A stretch of DNA of 53,311 bases from an uncultured bacterium (GTDB lineage Bacteria > Zixibacteria > MSB-5A5 > JAABVY01 > JAHJOQ01), in contig CBDUQR010000018.1 of assembly GCA_965369655.1 (NCBI GenBank), forward strand, positions 1-53,311, read 5' to 3'. Position 1 is the stretch's first letter. Every line of letters starts with the position of its first letter. The notes below the pieces were generated by a model. It worked only from the letters and a program-made list of their open reading frames with translations. It was not told where the DNA came from and ran no database searches. A program made the position numbers and the translations under genes. Below are positions 38,563 to 48,078 of the stretch, piece by piece.

Positions 38563-41100
38563 CTAACAGTCCGGCGTCCCGTCACCGTCAGGGTCGCACG
38601 GTGCGTTGCCGCCGGCGAAGATATACTGTATCAAGTACACCACATCATCGATATCAACATAACCGGAACAGTCGGCGTCACCTGCTTCAAGTGGTTGAGG
38701 TGCAGGGCCACCGGCGAAGATATACTGGATCAGGTAAACAACATCATCGATGTCTACATCACCGCTTGCGTCAGCGTCTCCGCAAATATACAGAACATGC
38801 ACATCGATCGAATAATCCTCAACTTCCCCGTTCTCCGTATTGCCACACGGTGGCGGATATGTCTCATAGTTCACGCGCACTCTCATTCTGGTCATGCCAG
38901 AGGCAGCGCCTGTCGGTGGGACTACGTTTCCAGTATATGGACCCTCACCGGTGAAGACATCGAGGTCAACCTCTTCATCCATCTCGAATACAAAGTTCTG
39001 GTTCCAGTCTACCCAAACCACACCAATATCATAGGTGTAACCGTTAGCGATCTCAATGGTGATCGGGTAGCTCTGCCCTGTTTCCATGACAGTAGACAGG
39101 CTTGTATAATCACCGTAGTTGTCGCATTCAGTGACGTTGTCAATGTCGCCTACGGCGACACGGGCAATGTATTTGTTGCCGTCGCAGTCACCATCAGCGG
39201 CACAGTATACTGCGATTGCTTCTCCGACAACATGAAGAGTATATGGTCCCTCTGCGCCATCATCGAGCAAGACCGGGTAGTAGTATGTCCCCGGATCGAG
39301 ATAGTCCCAGGTGATAGTCAGGTTACCATCCCCACAGTCCTCAGTGTTGTATTCACCTGACGCGGTGCTGCTTATGCATGGGCAGCCAATGGCAAGATTC
39401 AGCCAGGCATTGGAGAAGGCCGGTTCGGTGGTGCAGTAGTCAAGAGTAACGATCATGGTAGTATCAAGTGTGAAAGCATGCCATGTGTGGCCGCCATCAA
39501 AGAGATCGCACTGATGCGATGCGTATGTATTGTCACCCTCAAACATAACAGGTACGCCATCACTAAGCGTAACGGGTGTAACATACTCACAATCGTCATT
39601 CTCAAGGCACCTGACATTCAGAATCCCATCGCCGGTATTCTTGTTCCAGCCACCGACTCCTATCAGGTACGTGTTGCCTTCCACAATGCTGACGTTGAGT
39701 TGAGATTGCTGAGAGAACTCGCCGCAAGCATCAGAGGCATCGTTACAGCCAAGTATCGGATCATAGAAAGGATTAACGCCGTCGTACACAGCCAGTTTTG
39801 TGTTGTAACTTGAACCACACAAACTGAATACACCCGTGCCGGTGCAGGTAGCAGTGTAGCAGTACCACAATGTCGGGGAGATCAGGCAGCCGCCCGGGCC
39901 ATCGGGAGTAGCCTGTTTTGTGGAAAAAGCAAGATCAACAACATCGTCAATCGGCATGCAGGTTTCCCAGGCGTCATTCTCCATACGATCATCTACGGAC
40001 CGGATAGTCAAAGTAAACGACGGGATGCAGGTCGGAGATGGCCAGGTGTCAACCATAACGTAGTAGGTCCCCGGATCAAGTGAGACATTGTAAAGACCGT
40101 GAGCGCCTTCGCCAATGGTTGAGAACTGGATACAGCCAGTCTCATCGGGCGGGCAGTTGTCGTCAATCAGGATACCGGTCCAGTTTGTCGAACCCGGATC
40201 CATAAATATGTCCACAGTGACTGGCTCGACAACATCAAGCTGATAGATTATATCCTCCCCGCCGTCATAGTTGTATTCTTCCTCGAGACAAGTGTTATCA
40301 TAGTTATTGCCCCTGCTACATGTGTAGCTCTCATGAATATACGAATCATTGTTCGGTCCGCCGGTCATGTCGTTCGGCAGCTTGACCTCGACAGGGTCAC
40401 CGCAGCTATCCCCGGGATATTCTATGAAGAGTTCGAGGGTCAGGTCAAAATCGGGAATACAGTCGGGGGGCGGCCATGTGTCGACCATGATGTAGTACGT
40501 GCCTGCAGCCAGATCGACATTTACCATGCCGTGTGGAACTCCACTTTCTCTGACACTCTTGGCAATGCACGTACTCGGATTAGGCGGACAGGAATCATCA
40601 ATCAGTATCCCCGTATAGATCGTGCCATTGGGATCAAATAGAATACTCAGATGGAGACTCTCGGATAGATTCAACTGGTAAATGATGTCCTCACCGCCAT
40701 CAAAGCCACCCAGGCAGGTGTTGTCATAGCTATTGCCTCGCTCACAGGTCGTCTGCCCGTAATCGTAGTACGGCAGATCGGCTGCTCCTATATTGAGAAC
40801 AATCGGGTCAGTGCAATCATCGCCGACTGCGCGCTGTTCTTCCGGCAGCGATGGAACATATTCAGTTGTTGAAGCCTTCCTGGACTCGACTTCTTCCAAT
40901 CTGGCGGCTTCTTCCAGCTTGTCGGCAACTTTCTCATCGAAGCTTTGATCCGTTGCTCGATTCTGATCGGGCAGCACACCCAATGATACCGGCTTGACGC
41001 TGGAAGAGGTATTTTCGATACCTTCTCCAACAACCACCAATGTAAACACTGACATCAGCATTCCGACCAGAAAGATGGCTACAGTTGCTCTGGTTTTCAC
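38563..41100 (-). CDS. Large secreted Cys/Asp-rich repeat protein with GEVED and dockerin-like domains
   Basis: Signal peptide; duplicated DGGEDIIYQL/GTYYxMVDTW modules; WVDWNQN...GEVEDY; GDADASGDVDIDDVVYLIQYIF and a near-identical second copy. Confidence 0.85.
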   Translation of the reverse strand: MKTRATVAIFLVGMLMSVFTLVVVGEGIENTSSSVKPVSLGVLPDQNRATDQSFDEKVADKLEEAARLEEVESRKASTTEYVPSLPEEQRAVGDDCTDPIVLNIGAADLPYYDYGQTTCERGNSYDNTCLGGFDGGEDIIYQLNLSESLHLSILFDPNGTIYTGILIDDSCPPNPSTCIAKSVRESGVPHGMVNVDLAAGTYYIMVDTWPPPDCIPDFDLTLELFIEYPGDSCGDPVEVKLPNDMTGGPNNDSYIHESYTCSRGNNYDNTCLEEEYNYDGGEDIIYQLDVVEPVTVDIFMDPGSTNWTGILIDDNCPPDETGCIQFSTIGEGAHGLYNVSLDPGTYYVMVDTWPSPTCIPSFTLTIRSVDDRMENDAWETCMPIDDVVDLAFSTKQATPDGPGGCLISPTLWYCYTATCTGTGVFSLCGSSYNTKLAVYDGVNPFYDPILGCNDASDACGEFSQQSQLNVSIVEGNTYLIGVGGWNKNTGDGILNVRCLENDDCEYVTPVTLSDGVPVMFEGDNTYASHQCDLFDGGHTWHAFTLDTTMIVTLDYCTTEPAFSNAWLNLAIGCPCISSTASGEYNTEDCGDGNLTITWDYLDPGTYYYPVLLDDGAEGPYTLHVVGEAIAVYCAADGDCDGNKYIARVAVGDIDNVTECDNYGDYTSLSTVMETGQSYPITIEIANGYTYDIGVVWVDWNQNFVFEMDEEVDLDVFTGEGPYTGNVVPPTGAASGMTRMRVRVNYETYPPPCGNTENGEVEDYSIDVHVLYICGDADASGDVDIDDVVYLIQYIFAGGPAPQPLEAGDADCSGYVDIDDVVYLIQYIFAGGNAPCDPDGDGTPDC

Positions 41101-41410
41101 GACGTACCTCCTCAGTACAAACTGCTCACGTGAAGCAACAGCTTGTTGTTAACAATTATTACCACGACATGTACTATCCTGAAGAGTGACAATACTCAAC
41201 AGAATCTGTAAGCTGCAACATATACGACGTCATCCATTTTGTCAAGCGAATTCTTGCCACAAGACAGGAAATTCATGTATCTGTTGTCGACATCTGTGGA
41301 CACAAAATGAGGGGCGAAGGGTGCTACATGCGCTTGTCAGGTTCGAGAGTTGTTTTCTTTTTCAGTGCTAGGCTTTTTTCATCCAACTTTGAGCAGTTGA
41401 ATGGTCAATA

Positions 41411-42373
41411 TCACTCTTCGCCAATTGTAGGACTAATAGGATTCTTGAACATTTCAGGAACATCAATCAATGCACTCATCCGTCTAAACTTATCGCGTAT
41501 CTCACTGATGTACCATGCTGTAAACTGCTCTTTCTCTCCGCAGCGAAACCTCAGTATCATTAGCTCGTTCGCACGAAGGAGAAATTCAGCAGCGAACTGG
41601 GCACAACACTCTTCACTCTCAGGATTTCTCAGTAAGGGACCTTCTCGGGTGCCCGCCACCAATGTCAATAAACTCGATGCATCATGAGCATGGCAAATGC
41701 CAGCCCAACGCCGATACAGGATCTCGTACTGCGCACCTCTATCAAGTCGTTCTGCTAGCTGATCAATACTGGATATCTTCTTGTCGCCCGTATCACAGAG
41801 ACGACACCAAAATTTCTTCCCGACTAGTTTATTCCATTTTTCCTCGAATTCAACGAACTCCGGTCGCTTCAGAAGATTTCTCAGCGGCTTCGACTTCGAA
41901 TCAGAGTCAATCAAGAACTTCTCAGGGATTGATTTTATCCACTTGTCCTTCTGAACCTTCCTTTTGAGCGTCTTTCCTTTGTCAGTGGACGGGTCAAAGG
42001 TTTCGTAAAGGTCAATACGTCTATGGGCATAGGAGGTCAGCCACGCCAGCGACCTAGATCTGTAATCATCTTGACAAACATATTCCAAGGACAAAAGAGC
42101 CTCGAACGCGCTTCTGACAAGTGGAACCGCTGGCACATCGCAGACTTCCCTGGTGAGAACTTCGACTCCATCGCTCATTTCGATTATGTGAAGGAAAAGC
42201 ACAAGTGGTGTGAGATCGACATTCTCCTCATCGCCACAAGATGCTGCGCATCTTGCAAATAGTGCAGTTGAGTAATCTACTAATGTTCTTATTACAGATG
42301 CGTCATTGTCAATCCGATCCTTTGCTAAGACCCTTGATGTCTCTCTATCCAGTATTCCGGGCAATGCACCCAT
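41411..42373 (-). CDS. DUF5677-like protein
   Basis: PLVRSAFEA...LEY and late Y..W....H pattern; GGAG RBS. Confidence 0.55.
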   Translation of the reverse strand: MGALPGILDRETSRVLAKDRIDNDASVIRTLVDYSTALFARCAASCGDEENVDLTPLVLFLHIIEMSDGVEVLTREVCDVPAVPLVRSAFEALLSLEYVCQDDYRSRSLAWLTSYAHRRIDLYETFDPSTDKGKTLKRKVQKDKWIKSIPEKFLIDSDSKSKPLRNLLKRPEFVEFEEKWNKLVGKKFWCRLCDTGDKKISSIDQLAERLDRGAQYEILYRRWAGICHAHDASSLLTLVAGTREGPLLRNPESEECCAQFAAEFLLRANELMILRFRCGEKEQFTAWYISEIRDKFRRMSALIDVPEMFKNPISPTIGEE

Positions 42374-42396
42374 ATCACTTCTCCGATGATTACAGA

Positions 42397-42426
42397 GATG
42401 TCACGCCCCGAGTGGGCATGACCTAC
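42397..42426 (-). repeat. GTAG-type REP (empty form)
   Basis: GATGTCACGCCCCGAGTGGGCATGACCTAC hairpin. Confidence 0.8.
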
Positions 42427-42443
42427 AACTACAACTTACTAAC

Positions 42444-44150
42444 CTACGATCGATCAAATTCTCCCAGCAATTCATCCGCTTGTTTCAGCGAGGTCTCTGT
42501 CAGCTTGTCGCCGGAGAGCATGCGGCCGATTTCGTCGCGGCGCTCGTCGTCGGAAAGCTTGCGTATTTTGGTCACCATGCGACCGTCTGATTTTTCTTTG
42601 TAGATACAGAAATGATGTTCGCCCGCCGCCGCGATCTGCTGCAAATGCGTGATGACAATGACTTGATGTTTCTTCGACAACTCCCGTAACTTGCGGCCAA
42701 CTGCCGAGGCGACCTCGCCCCCGATCCCCGAATCGACTTCATCGAAAACCAGCGTTTCGAGTTTTTTCCTCGCAGCGCCGACACTCTTGAGCGCGAGCAT
42801 CACTCGCGATAACTCGCCGCCCGAAGCGATCTTCGCCAGCGGTCGAAGCTCCTCTCCCCTGTTCGCGCAGAAATAGAACTCGACGTCATCGATGCCGTCG
42901 CGCTCGACGCGGTACCGGCGATTGTCCAGTTCGATCAACCCTGATTCATCCCCGCGTCTGGTCAACCGCACCTCAAGCTGCCCTTTCGGAATGCCGAGTC
43001 GACCCAGTTCTTTCTCGACCCGCCTGGACAATTTTGCGGCATTCTCTTCCCGTTTTTGTGACAGACGTATGGCGGCTTCCGACAATTCCGTCTCAATACT
43101 GCAAAGCTCACTCTGCTGTTTTAGAATCTGCTCCGACAGGTCTTTGTTCGATTCGAGTTCAGCCTTCGCTTTCGCGTAGTAGTCGTTGAGCGCCTGAATC
43201 GATCCGCCGTATTTTTTCTTCAAATTGTAGTAGACATCGAGCCGCGACTCGATCTCCTGCAATCGCGCCGGATCAGCCTGCACGCTTTCGGCTCTCGATG
43301 CAAGCGTTCGCCCAATATCCTCCAGCACATATCTCGAACCGGCCATGCTTTCAAGTGATGCTTTAAGACTGGGATCGATCTCGACAATGTCCTGAATCGT
43401 CGCCTCCAGTTGAGACAGCCGGACTGAGATACCGTCGTCAGAAATCGAGAGACCATCGGCGACAAATCCGAGAGCGGTTCTCAATCTGTCCGCATTTTCG
43501 AGGACTCGTTTTTCAGCATTCAGTGCATCTTCTTCTTCAATCGACAATTCAGCCTGTTCTATCTCACGCACCTGGAATCTGTACAGCTCCGCCATCTCGC
43601 TGTTACGTTGTGCATTAGCATGCAATATCTCAAGTGTACGTTTAGCATCATATCTCCGGTCGAACAGGTCGGAGACTTCGGCGCTGAGCGGTATCAGACC
43701 GGCAAAACTGTCGAGGAATTCAATATGATGATCGACCGTGATCAGGTATTGTTGCTGGTGTTGCCCGACAAGATCGAACATGGCGGCACCGATCTCCTTA
43801 AGGCTCGACAGCGGGACCATCCTGCCATTGACCAGCGCGCGCGACAATCCTCTCGCCTGGACCTCGCGTCTGAGCATGAGCGTATCGCTGTTCGTGTCTA
43901 TCTCCAGGCGTCGGAGAATATCCAGCGCAGCATCAGGAGCATCGCATATCTCGGCTTCGACAACCGCGATGTCTTCTCCCACACGAACCATCTCTGTTGA
44001 TGCGCGCTCTCCGAGGATCAGATTCAGAGCACCGACCAGAATCGATTTGCCTGCGCCGGTCTCGCCGCTCAGGATCGTAAGTCCGGCGTCGAACTCAACT
44101 GACAGATCGCGTACGATCGCGTAGTTCCTGACTGATAGTTTTCGAAGCAT
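42444..44150 (-). CDS. recN: DNA repair protein RecN
   Basis: SGETGAGKS, coiled coil, ASGGELSRVML, FDEVDSG, ITHLQQIAA. Confidence 0.97.
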   Translation of the reverse strand: MLRKLSVRNYAIVRDLSVEFDAGLTILSGETGAGKSILVGALNLILGERASTEMVRVGEDIAVVEAEICDAPDAALDILRRLEIDTNSDTLMLRREVQARGLSRALVNGRMVPLSSLKEIGAAMFDLVGQHQQQYLITVDHHIEFLDSFAGLIPLSAEVSDLFDRRYDAKRTLEILHANAQRNSEMAELYRFQVREIEQAELSIEEEDALNAEKRVLENADRLRTALGFVADGLSISDDGISVRLSQLEATIQDIVEIDPSLKASLESMAGSRYVLEDIGRTLASRAESVQADPARLQEIESRLDVYYNLKKKYGGSIQALNDYYAKAKAELESNKDLSEQILKQQSELCSIETELSEAAIRLSQKREENAAKLSRRVEKELGRLGIPKGQLEVRLTRRGDESGLIELDNRRYRVERDGIDDVEFYFCANRGEELRPLAKIASGGELSRVMLALKSVGAARKKLETLVFDEVDSGIGGEVASAVGRKLRELSKKHQVIVITHLQQIAAAGEHHFCIYKEKSDGRMVTKIRKLSDDERRDEIGRMLSGDKLTETSLKQADELLGEFDRS

Positions 44151-44193
44151 CAATGTTTAATATAACCAGAACCGTCTCGTGCCGGAAGAGAAT

Positions 44194-44697
44194 TCAATGG
44201 CGGCGTTTCAGTTCAATCGATGACACAAACCTGAAGACAAACATTCCGAGTCCACTCCCGGCACAGCATCCTGCGATGAACCGGAGCAGATTGCCGGATT
44301 CGTAGACGCCGAACTGCTGACAGACGATATCGATCAACCCCAGCGCACCGGTGATAAGAAAAGCGCGTTCTACCACCCGACCCGGATCAGCGTCGGCTCT
44401 GAAGACGTAAGACGAAGAATAGAATCCAAGGTATGCGCCCACGCATCTTGAACAGAGCGCGAATGGCGCACAGCCGAAATAGAAGCAGCGATCCGGCATC
44501 TGATGACAGGTCAGTCCGAGAGCATCATAGAGAAATCCTGCGGGCTTCGACAAGCCAAGCAGCCACATGACAGGCGCAATCAATGAGAGCAGCACCAGAA
44601 GGCCGGCGGCGCCGCTCAGGATTGTGCGGAGATTATCAGAAACAAAGCGACCGACAATGTCGGCCGCTTTGGAAATATCTGCGGGTATTTGTCCCAT
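44194..44697 (-). CDS. DUF2085 membrane protein
   Basis: CHQMPDRC...CSRCVGAY motif. Confidence 0.8.
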   Translation of the reverse strand: MGQIPADISKAADIVGRFVSDNLRTILSGAAGLLVLLSLIAPVMWLLGLSKPAGFLYDALGLTCHQMPDRCFYFGCAPFALCSRCVGAYLGFYSSSYVFRADADPGRVVERAFLITGALGLIDIVCQQFGVYESGNLLRFIAGCCAGSGLGMFVFRFVSSIELKRRH

Positions 44698-44719
44698 CGG
44701 TCGCAATCGCGATCAGCGC

Positions 44720-45322
44720 CTAACCCACGTTTGCGGCCTCTTTTTTCTTCATCGCCTCCTGATATATCTTGCCGTACAGGAAGCTGACTCCGAGATTCGC
44801 ATAGAATGCTGTGAACAGGTATCCGATAAGAAGCGCTATGATACCGAGCGAAGAGATGATGGAAAATATAATCGACATCACCAGCACGCCAGCCAGGCCT
44901 GCCATGTTTTCGCGAGTCAGTTCCATGATCTCATTGAAATTGAAGACCTTGTTCAAATCTCCCGTCACAGCGTATTTACCATACAGGATCGGAAGAACGA
45001 GCATCGCGAAAAGGAAATAGAAGATCGATAACACCTGGATGCATGGTATGAACGAAAGAATGATACCGGGGATAAAAGCAACCAGCGCAATGATAAATGC
45101 AACCAGTCCTTTCGTGAACAGTTCACCCCAGTTATCCCACTCCGGCAACTGCGCTTCCTGATCCTCATATGATCGCTTAATGACCAGCATCATGTATCCG
45201 AGCACGAACGGAATGCCAATCAGGAAAAACGAAAGCAAAACGAACGCTGCGCCGATCAGAATCTTGGGCAGCCAGTTCTTGTCCTCAAACATAAATGTAA
45301 ATGATCTTGCGAGATCGGGCAT
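44720..45322 (-). CDS. DUF4013 membrane protein
   Basis: KILIGA...LGY...LPEWDNWGELF.KG. Confidence 0.8.
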   Translation of the reverse strand: MPDLARSFTFMFEDKNWLPKILIGAAFVLLSFFLIGIPFVLGYMMLVIKRSYEDQEAQLPEWDNWGELFTKGLVAFIIALVAFIPGIILSFIPCIQVLSIFYFLFAMLVLPILYGKYAVTGDLNKVFNFNEIMELTRENMAGLAGVLVMSIIFSIISSLGIIALLIGYLFTAFYANLGVSFLYGKIYQEAMKKKEAANVG

Positions 45323-45414
45323 ATAACCTCCCTGTAAAGACAACCGTTAAGTCGATACCCACTTCGCATCGTACTTAAACCATAGCTTATCACATGTCAA
45401 CAAAAACAGAGCGC

Positions 45415-46419
45415 TCACTCGAACGCATCCGGATCAAAATCGACTTCATACAGACTTGGGAGCTTGCCGTGGTAACCGGCGACCACAAGATACAGCTTCG
45501 AGCCGTCTCCGTTCCAGATCACTGAGCCGCAGCTCTTGCCCTCTGGAAGATCAATTATCCTCACTGTCTTCCTGTCAGAGATCCGAACGACCCAGGGGTC
45601 CCAGTGCAGGCCATCCTTGAGTCTCAGGAATGCCACGTATTTTCCGTCGGGCGATGGCGTAGCCCAGCTTTCACTCAATTGCGTAGCGACGAGAGTCGAG
45701 ACCTTGTTGGTCTTAGAATCCATCAGGAAGAGATCCTCACTGAATTTACCAGAGATCGAATCAGAAGCAGCGAACACCAGTGTTTCCGAATCAGGGAACC
45801 ACTTAGGCAGGTAACCATACTTGCTCGCCGTCATCTTGCGATAGCGATTGCGATCGATCTCATAGAGCCAGATAGCAGTCTCGCCAAGAATCCCGAAAGT
45901 CATAGCGATCTTGTTCCCGTCCGGCGAGATATCCATCTGCTTGACTTGGAGCACATCACTCGGTTTCATGCCGAGCTGATACATCTGGTCGGCGGAATAA
46001 CCAGGGTCAAACTGTTCCAGTTCTGTCAGACGGACCGGTTCGCCGTAAGGGTTGTCAACATCATGCAGCCAGATATCGCAGAAGGTGAGGATTTTGTCGA
46101 CCAGCGCCACATGCTTGCCGTCCGGCATGAACGCAAACGCCTGCACCTTGTCGCGATTGAAATCGATGTCCGGAAACAGCGTAGTCTCCTTGCCGGTCTT
46201 CGGATCGCCCAGCGTGAGACGACTGTATGATGTGTTATTGGCTTCGATGTACTTGAAGAACGCTACCTGATCGAGCGAATCTACATACTCGGGGAAATAG
46301 AGATCTGTAAAGAGCAATTTCCCGGGCGCTTCGTCCTGAGCAACCGCAGACATCGGAAAGCAGAAAGCTATCACGGTCACAACAAACAACACAGTGCGGA
46401 GTGCTTGCATTTTCATCAT
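45415..46419 (-). CDS. Secreted TolB-like/PD40 beta-propeller protein
   Basis: Signal peptide; repeated SPDG/MPDG/WFPD motifs. Confidence 0.75.
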   Translation of the reverse strand: MMKMQALRTVLFVVTVIAFCFPMSAVAQDEAPGKLLFTDLYFPEYVDSLDQVAFFKYIEANNTSYSRLTLGDPKTGKETTLFPDIDFNRDKVQAFAFMPDGKHVALVDKILTFCDIWLHDVDNPYGEPVRLTELEQFDPGYSADQMYQLGMKPSDVLQVKQMDISPDGNKIAMTFGILGETAIWLYEIDRNRYRKMTASKYGYLPKWFPDSETLVFAASDSISGKFSEDLFLMDSKTNKVSTLVATQLSESWATPSPDGKYVAFLRLKDGLHWDPWVVRISDRKTVRIIDLPEGKSCGSVIWNGDGSKLYLVVAGYHGKLPSLYEVDFDPDAFE

Positions 46420-46600
46420 GTCATAATCTCCTTTGGTTCTGTCGAATTTATCGGCAGATAATACACCAAATCCAACCAAATGGCTATATCAATCTTACAG
46501 TGAATGCTGCGCGGAGTTCAGGAAATTCGTCCCGAAATATTGCGTGGCCTCTTATCATGCTCAGAATGAGTGGTACACTCTTAACGCTTCAACTAATCCC

Positions 46601-46628
46601 TTGACACCGCCAATGCTCCTGATATATT
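46601..46628 (+). promoter_or_regulatory. Sigma-70 promoter of tRNA-Ala
   Basis: TTGACA-16 nt-TATATT. Confidence 0.7.
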
Positions 46629-46644
46629 GCCGTGTCTATGGCGT

Positions 46645-46720
46645 GGGGCCGTAGTTCAGCTGGGAGAACGCTTGACTGGCAGTCAAGAGGTCAGGGGTTC
46701 GAGCCCCCTCGGCTCCACCA
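46645..46720 (+). tRNA. tRNA-Ala(GGC)
   Basis: GGGGCCGTAGTTCAGCTGGGAGAACGCTTGACT-GGC-AGTCAAGAGG...CTCCACCA; G3:U70 pair. Confidence 0.97.
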
Positions 46721-46728
46721 GAAAATAT

Positions 46729-46762
46729 GAAGCCTGCAGATTCTCATCCGCAGGCTTGTTTC
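46729..46762. terminator. Terminator hairpin after tRNA-Ala
   Basis: AAGCCTGC...GCAGGCTT followed by GTTT. Confidence 0.6.
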
Positions 46763-46840
46763 ATATCAGTTTGTACATCTCCGCAAAACGTGTCAACAAA
46801 TATTGTTCTGTCAGTCTGGAGCGGGAATCAGCAGAGAGAA

Positions 46841-47674
46841 TCAGACTTTCAGGTGAGTGAAAAACTCCTCGGACGAACTGAGCACGGAATCGAACGCCTC
46901 GCACGTGCCTTCAAACGGATGCACAATCCCGAATGTGTGGCCCGTCTTTGGAATCATACGAAGTTCGGTGCGAGACTTGTCAGACCAGTCGAATAGCTGC
47001 TGAGCTTCTGATGGCGGAACGGAAATATCCTGTTCTCCGTGGACAATAAGCAGCGGTCGATTCAATTCTCTGGCTGCACTTTCGAGATTCAGCTTGTCAT
47101 GCTTATGTTCGTCTATATCATTGAGCAGAGTAGCATTGAGCCGCATCACCTGTTTTGTCCGCTGGTTCATCACTTTGAAGTAACCGCGATTTTTCCATTC
47201 ACGTCTGAGTTTGTCGGAATACCTGTCAAAACTGGCTATCGACGACCAGATTGCGACAGCGGCGACATCCGGTTTCTTATGCGCGGTCGCCAGCGCAATC
47301 CCGCCGCCGCGACTGTGTCCGAGAACTCCGATTCTCTGACCGCCGATGTCACCGAAGAAGCCATTATTGACCGCGTCGATGATTTCGGAGAGTTCTCTGA
47401 CTTCGCGCGAGAATGTATTGCGTGCAAACTTGTCGAGTTCGTCGAATTCTGTAAGGCTCTCCCCTACTCCGTTGTGGGAGAAATTGAATGTGAGAACCAC
47501 GAATCCTCTGTCGGCAAAGTATTCACCGATGTATGGCCAGAATCCCCAGTCCTTGAATCCCTTGAAACCGTGGACGAAAACGACAATCGGACCTGTTCCG
47601 AGATTGTCCTCGCCAAAAAGTGTAGTCCGAATTTTCTCTCCGTCGCTCGCAGTAAAGACAATATCTCGTTTCAT
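46841..47674 (-). CDS. Alpha/beta hydrolase
   Basis: HGFKGFKDWG, GHSRGG nucleophile elbow, HGEQD, GHTF. Confidence 0.92.
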   Translation of the reverse strand: MKRDIVFTASDGEKIRTTLFGEDNLGTGPIVVFVHGFKGFKDWGFWPYIGEYFADRGFVVLTFNFSHNGVGESLTEFDELDKFARNTFSREVRELSEIIDAVNNGFFGDIGGQRIGVLGHSRGGGIALATAHKKPDVAAVAIWSSIASFDRYSDKLRREWKNRGYFKVMNQRTKQVMRLNATLLNDIDEHKHDKLNLESAARELNRPLLIVHGEQDISVPPSEAQQLFDWSDKSRTELRMIPKTGHTFGIVHPFEGTCEAFDSVLSSSEEFFTHLKV

Positions 47675-47970
47675 AGTGACGCGAATATGCTCTGGCTTGT
47701 CAGTGAAGTCAATAGATTAGACCAACGTTTGCAGTATTCTCCGGCAGGTCATCGGTCGCTGATCCCGTCATTGACCCCGATCTTCGAGGGGATCCTGAGG
47801 GACACGCTTTCGGCGCAAGATCAGCCGGAGCAGTCGCAAGACCGTCACTGCGAGCGAAGCGTGGCAGTAGTAGGGAAGAATCCGAAATGGTTCTGTCATG
47901 AACAGAAGATGGCGGGACTCGCTTCGGGTCGCTGCTCTACTCGAAGACAATTCTCATGTCCCGAACTCTT

Positions 47971-48070
47971 GTAGCTCACGTCCGCTTGGGACGTGAGAAT
48001 AAAAGCACGCTATTGAGATGTCACGCCCCCCTTCGCCAAACTCAGGACTGAGCAAGCGGGCATGACCTAC
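47971..48070. repeat. Inverted pair of GTAG-type REPs; the right one carries a 24-nt insert
   Basis: GTAGCTCACGTCC...GGACGTGAG (47971-47997) facing GATGTCACGCCCC[insert 48030-48053]...TGACCTAC. Confidence 0.75.
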
Positions 48071-48078
48071 TCAATTGG

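Noticed and set aside
46645-46720. tRNA-anchored genomic island
   Set aside because: No integrase and no duplicated tRNA 3' end in the window
216-48070. CRISPR array
   Set aside because: Repeats are dispersed and palindromic; there is no regular repeat-spacer array and no cas gene
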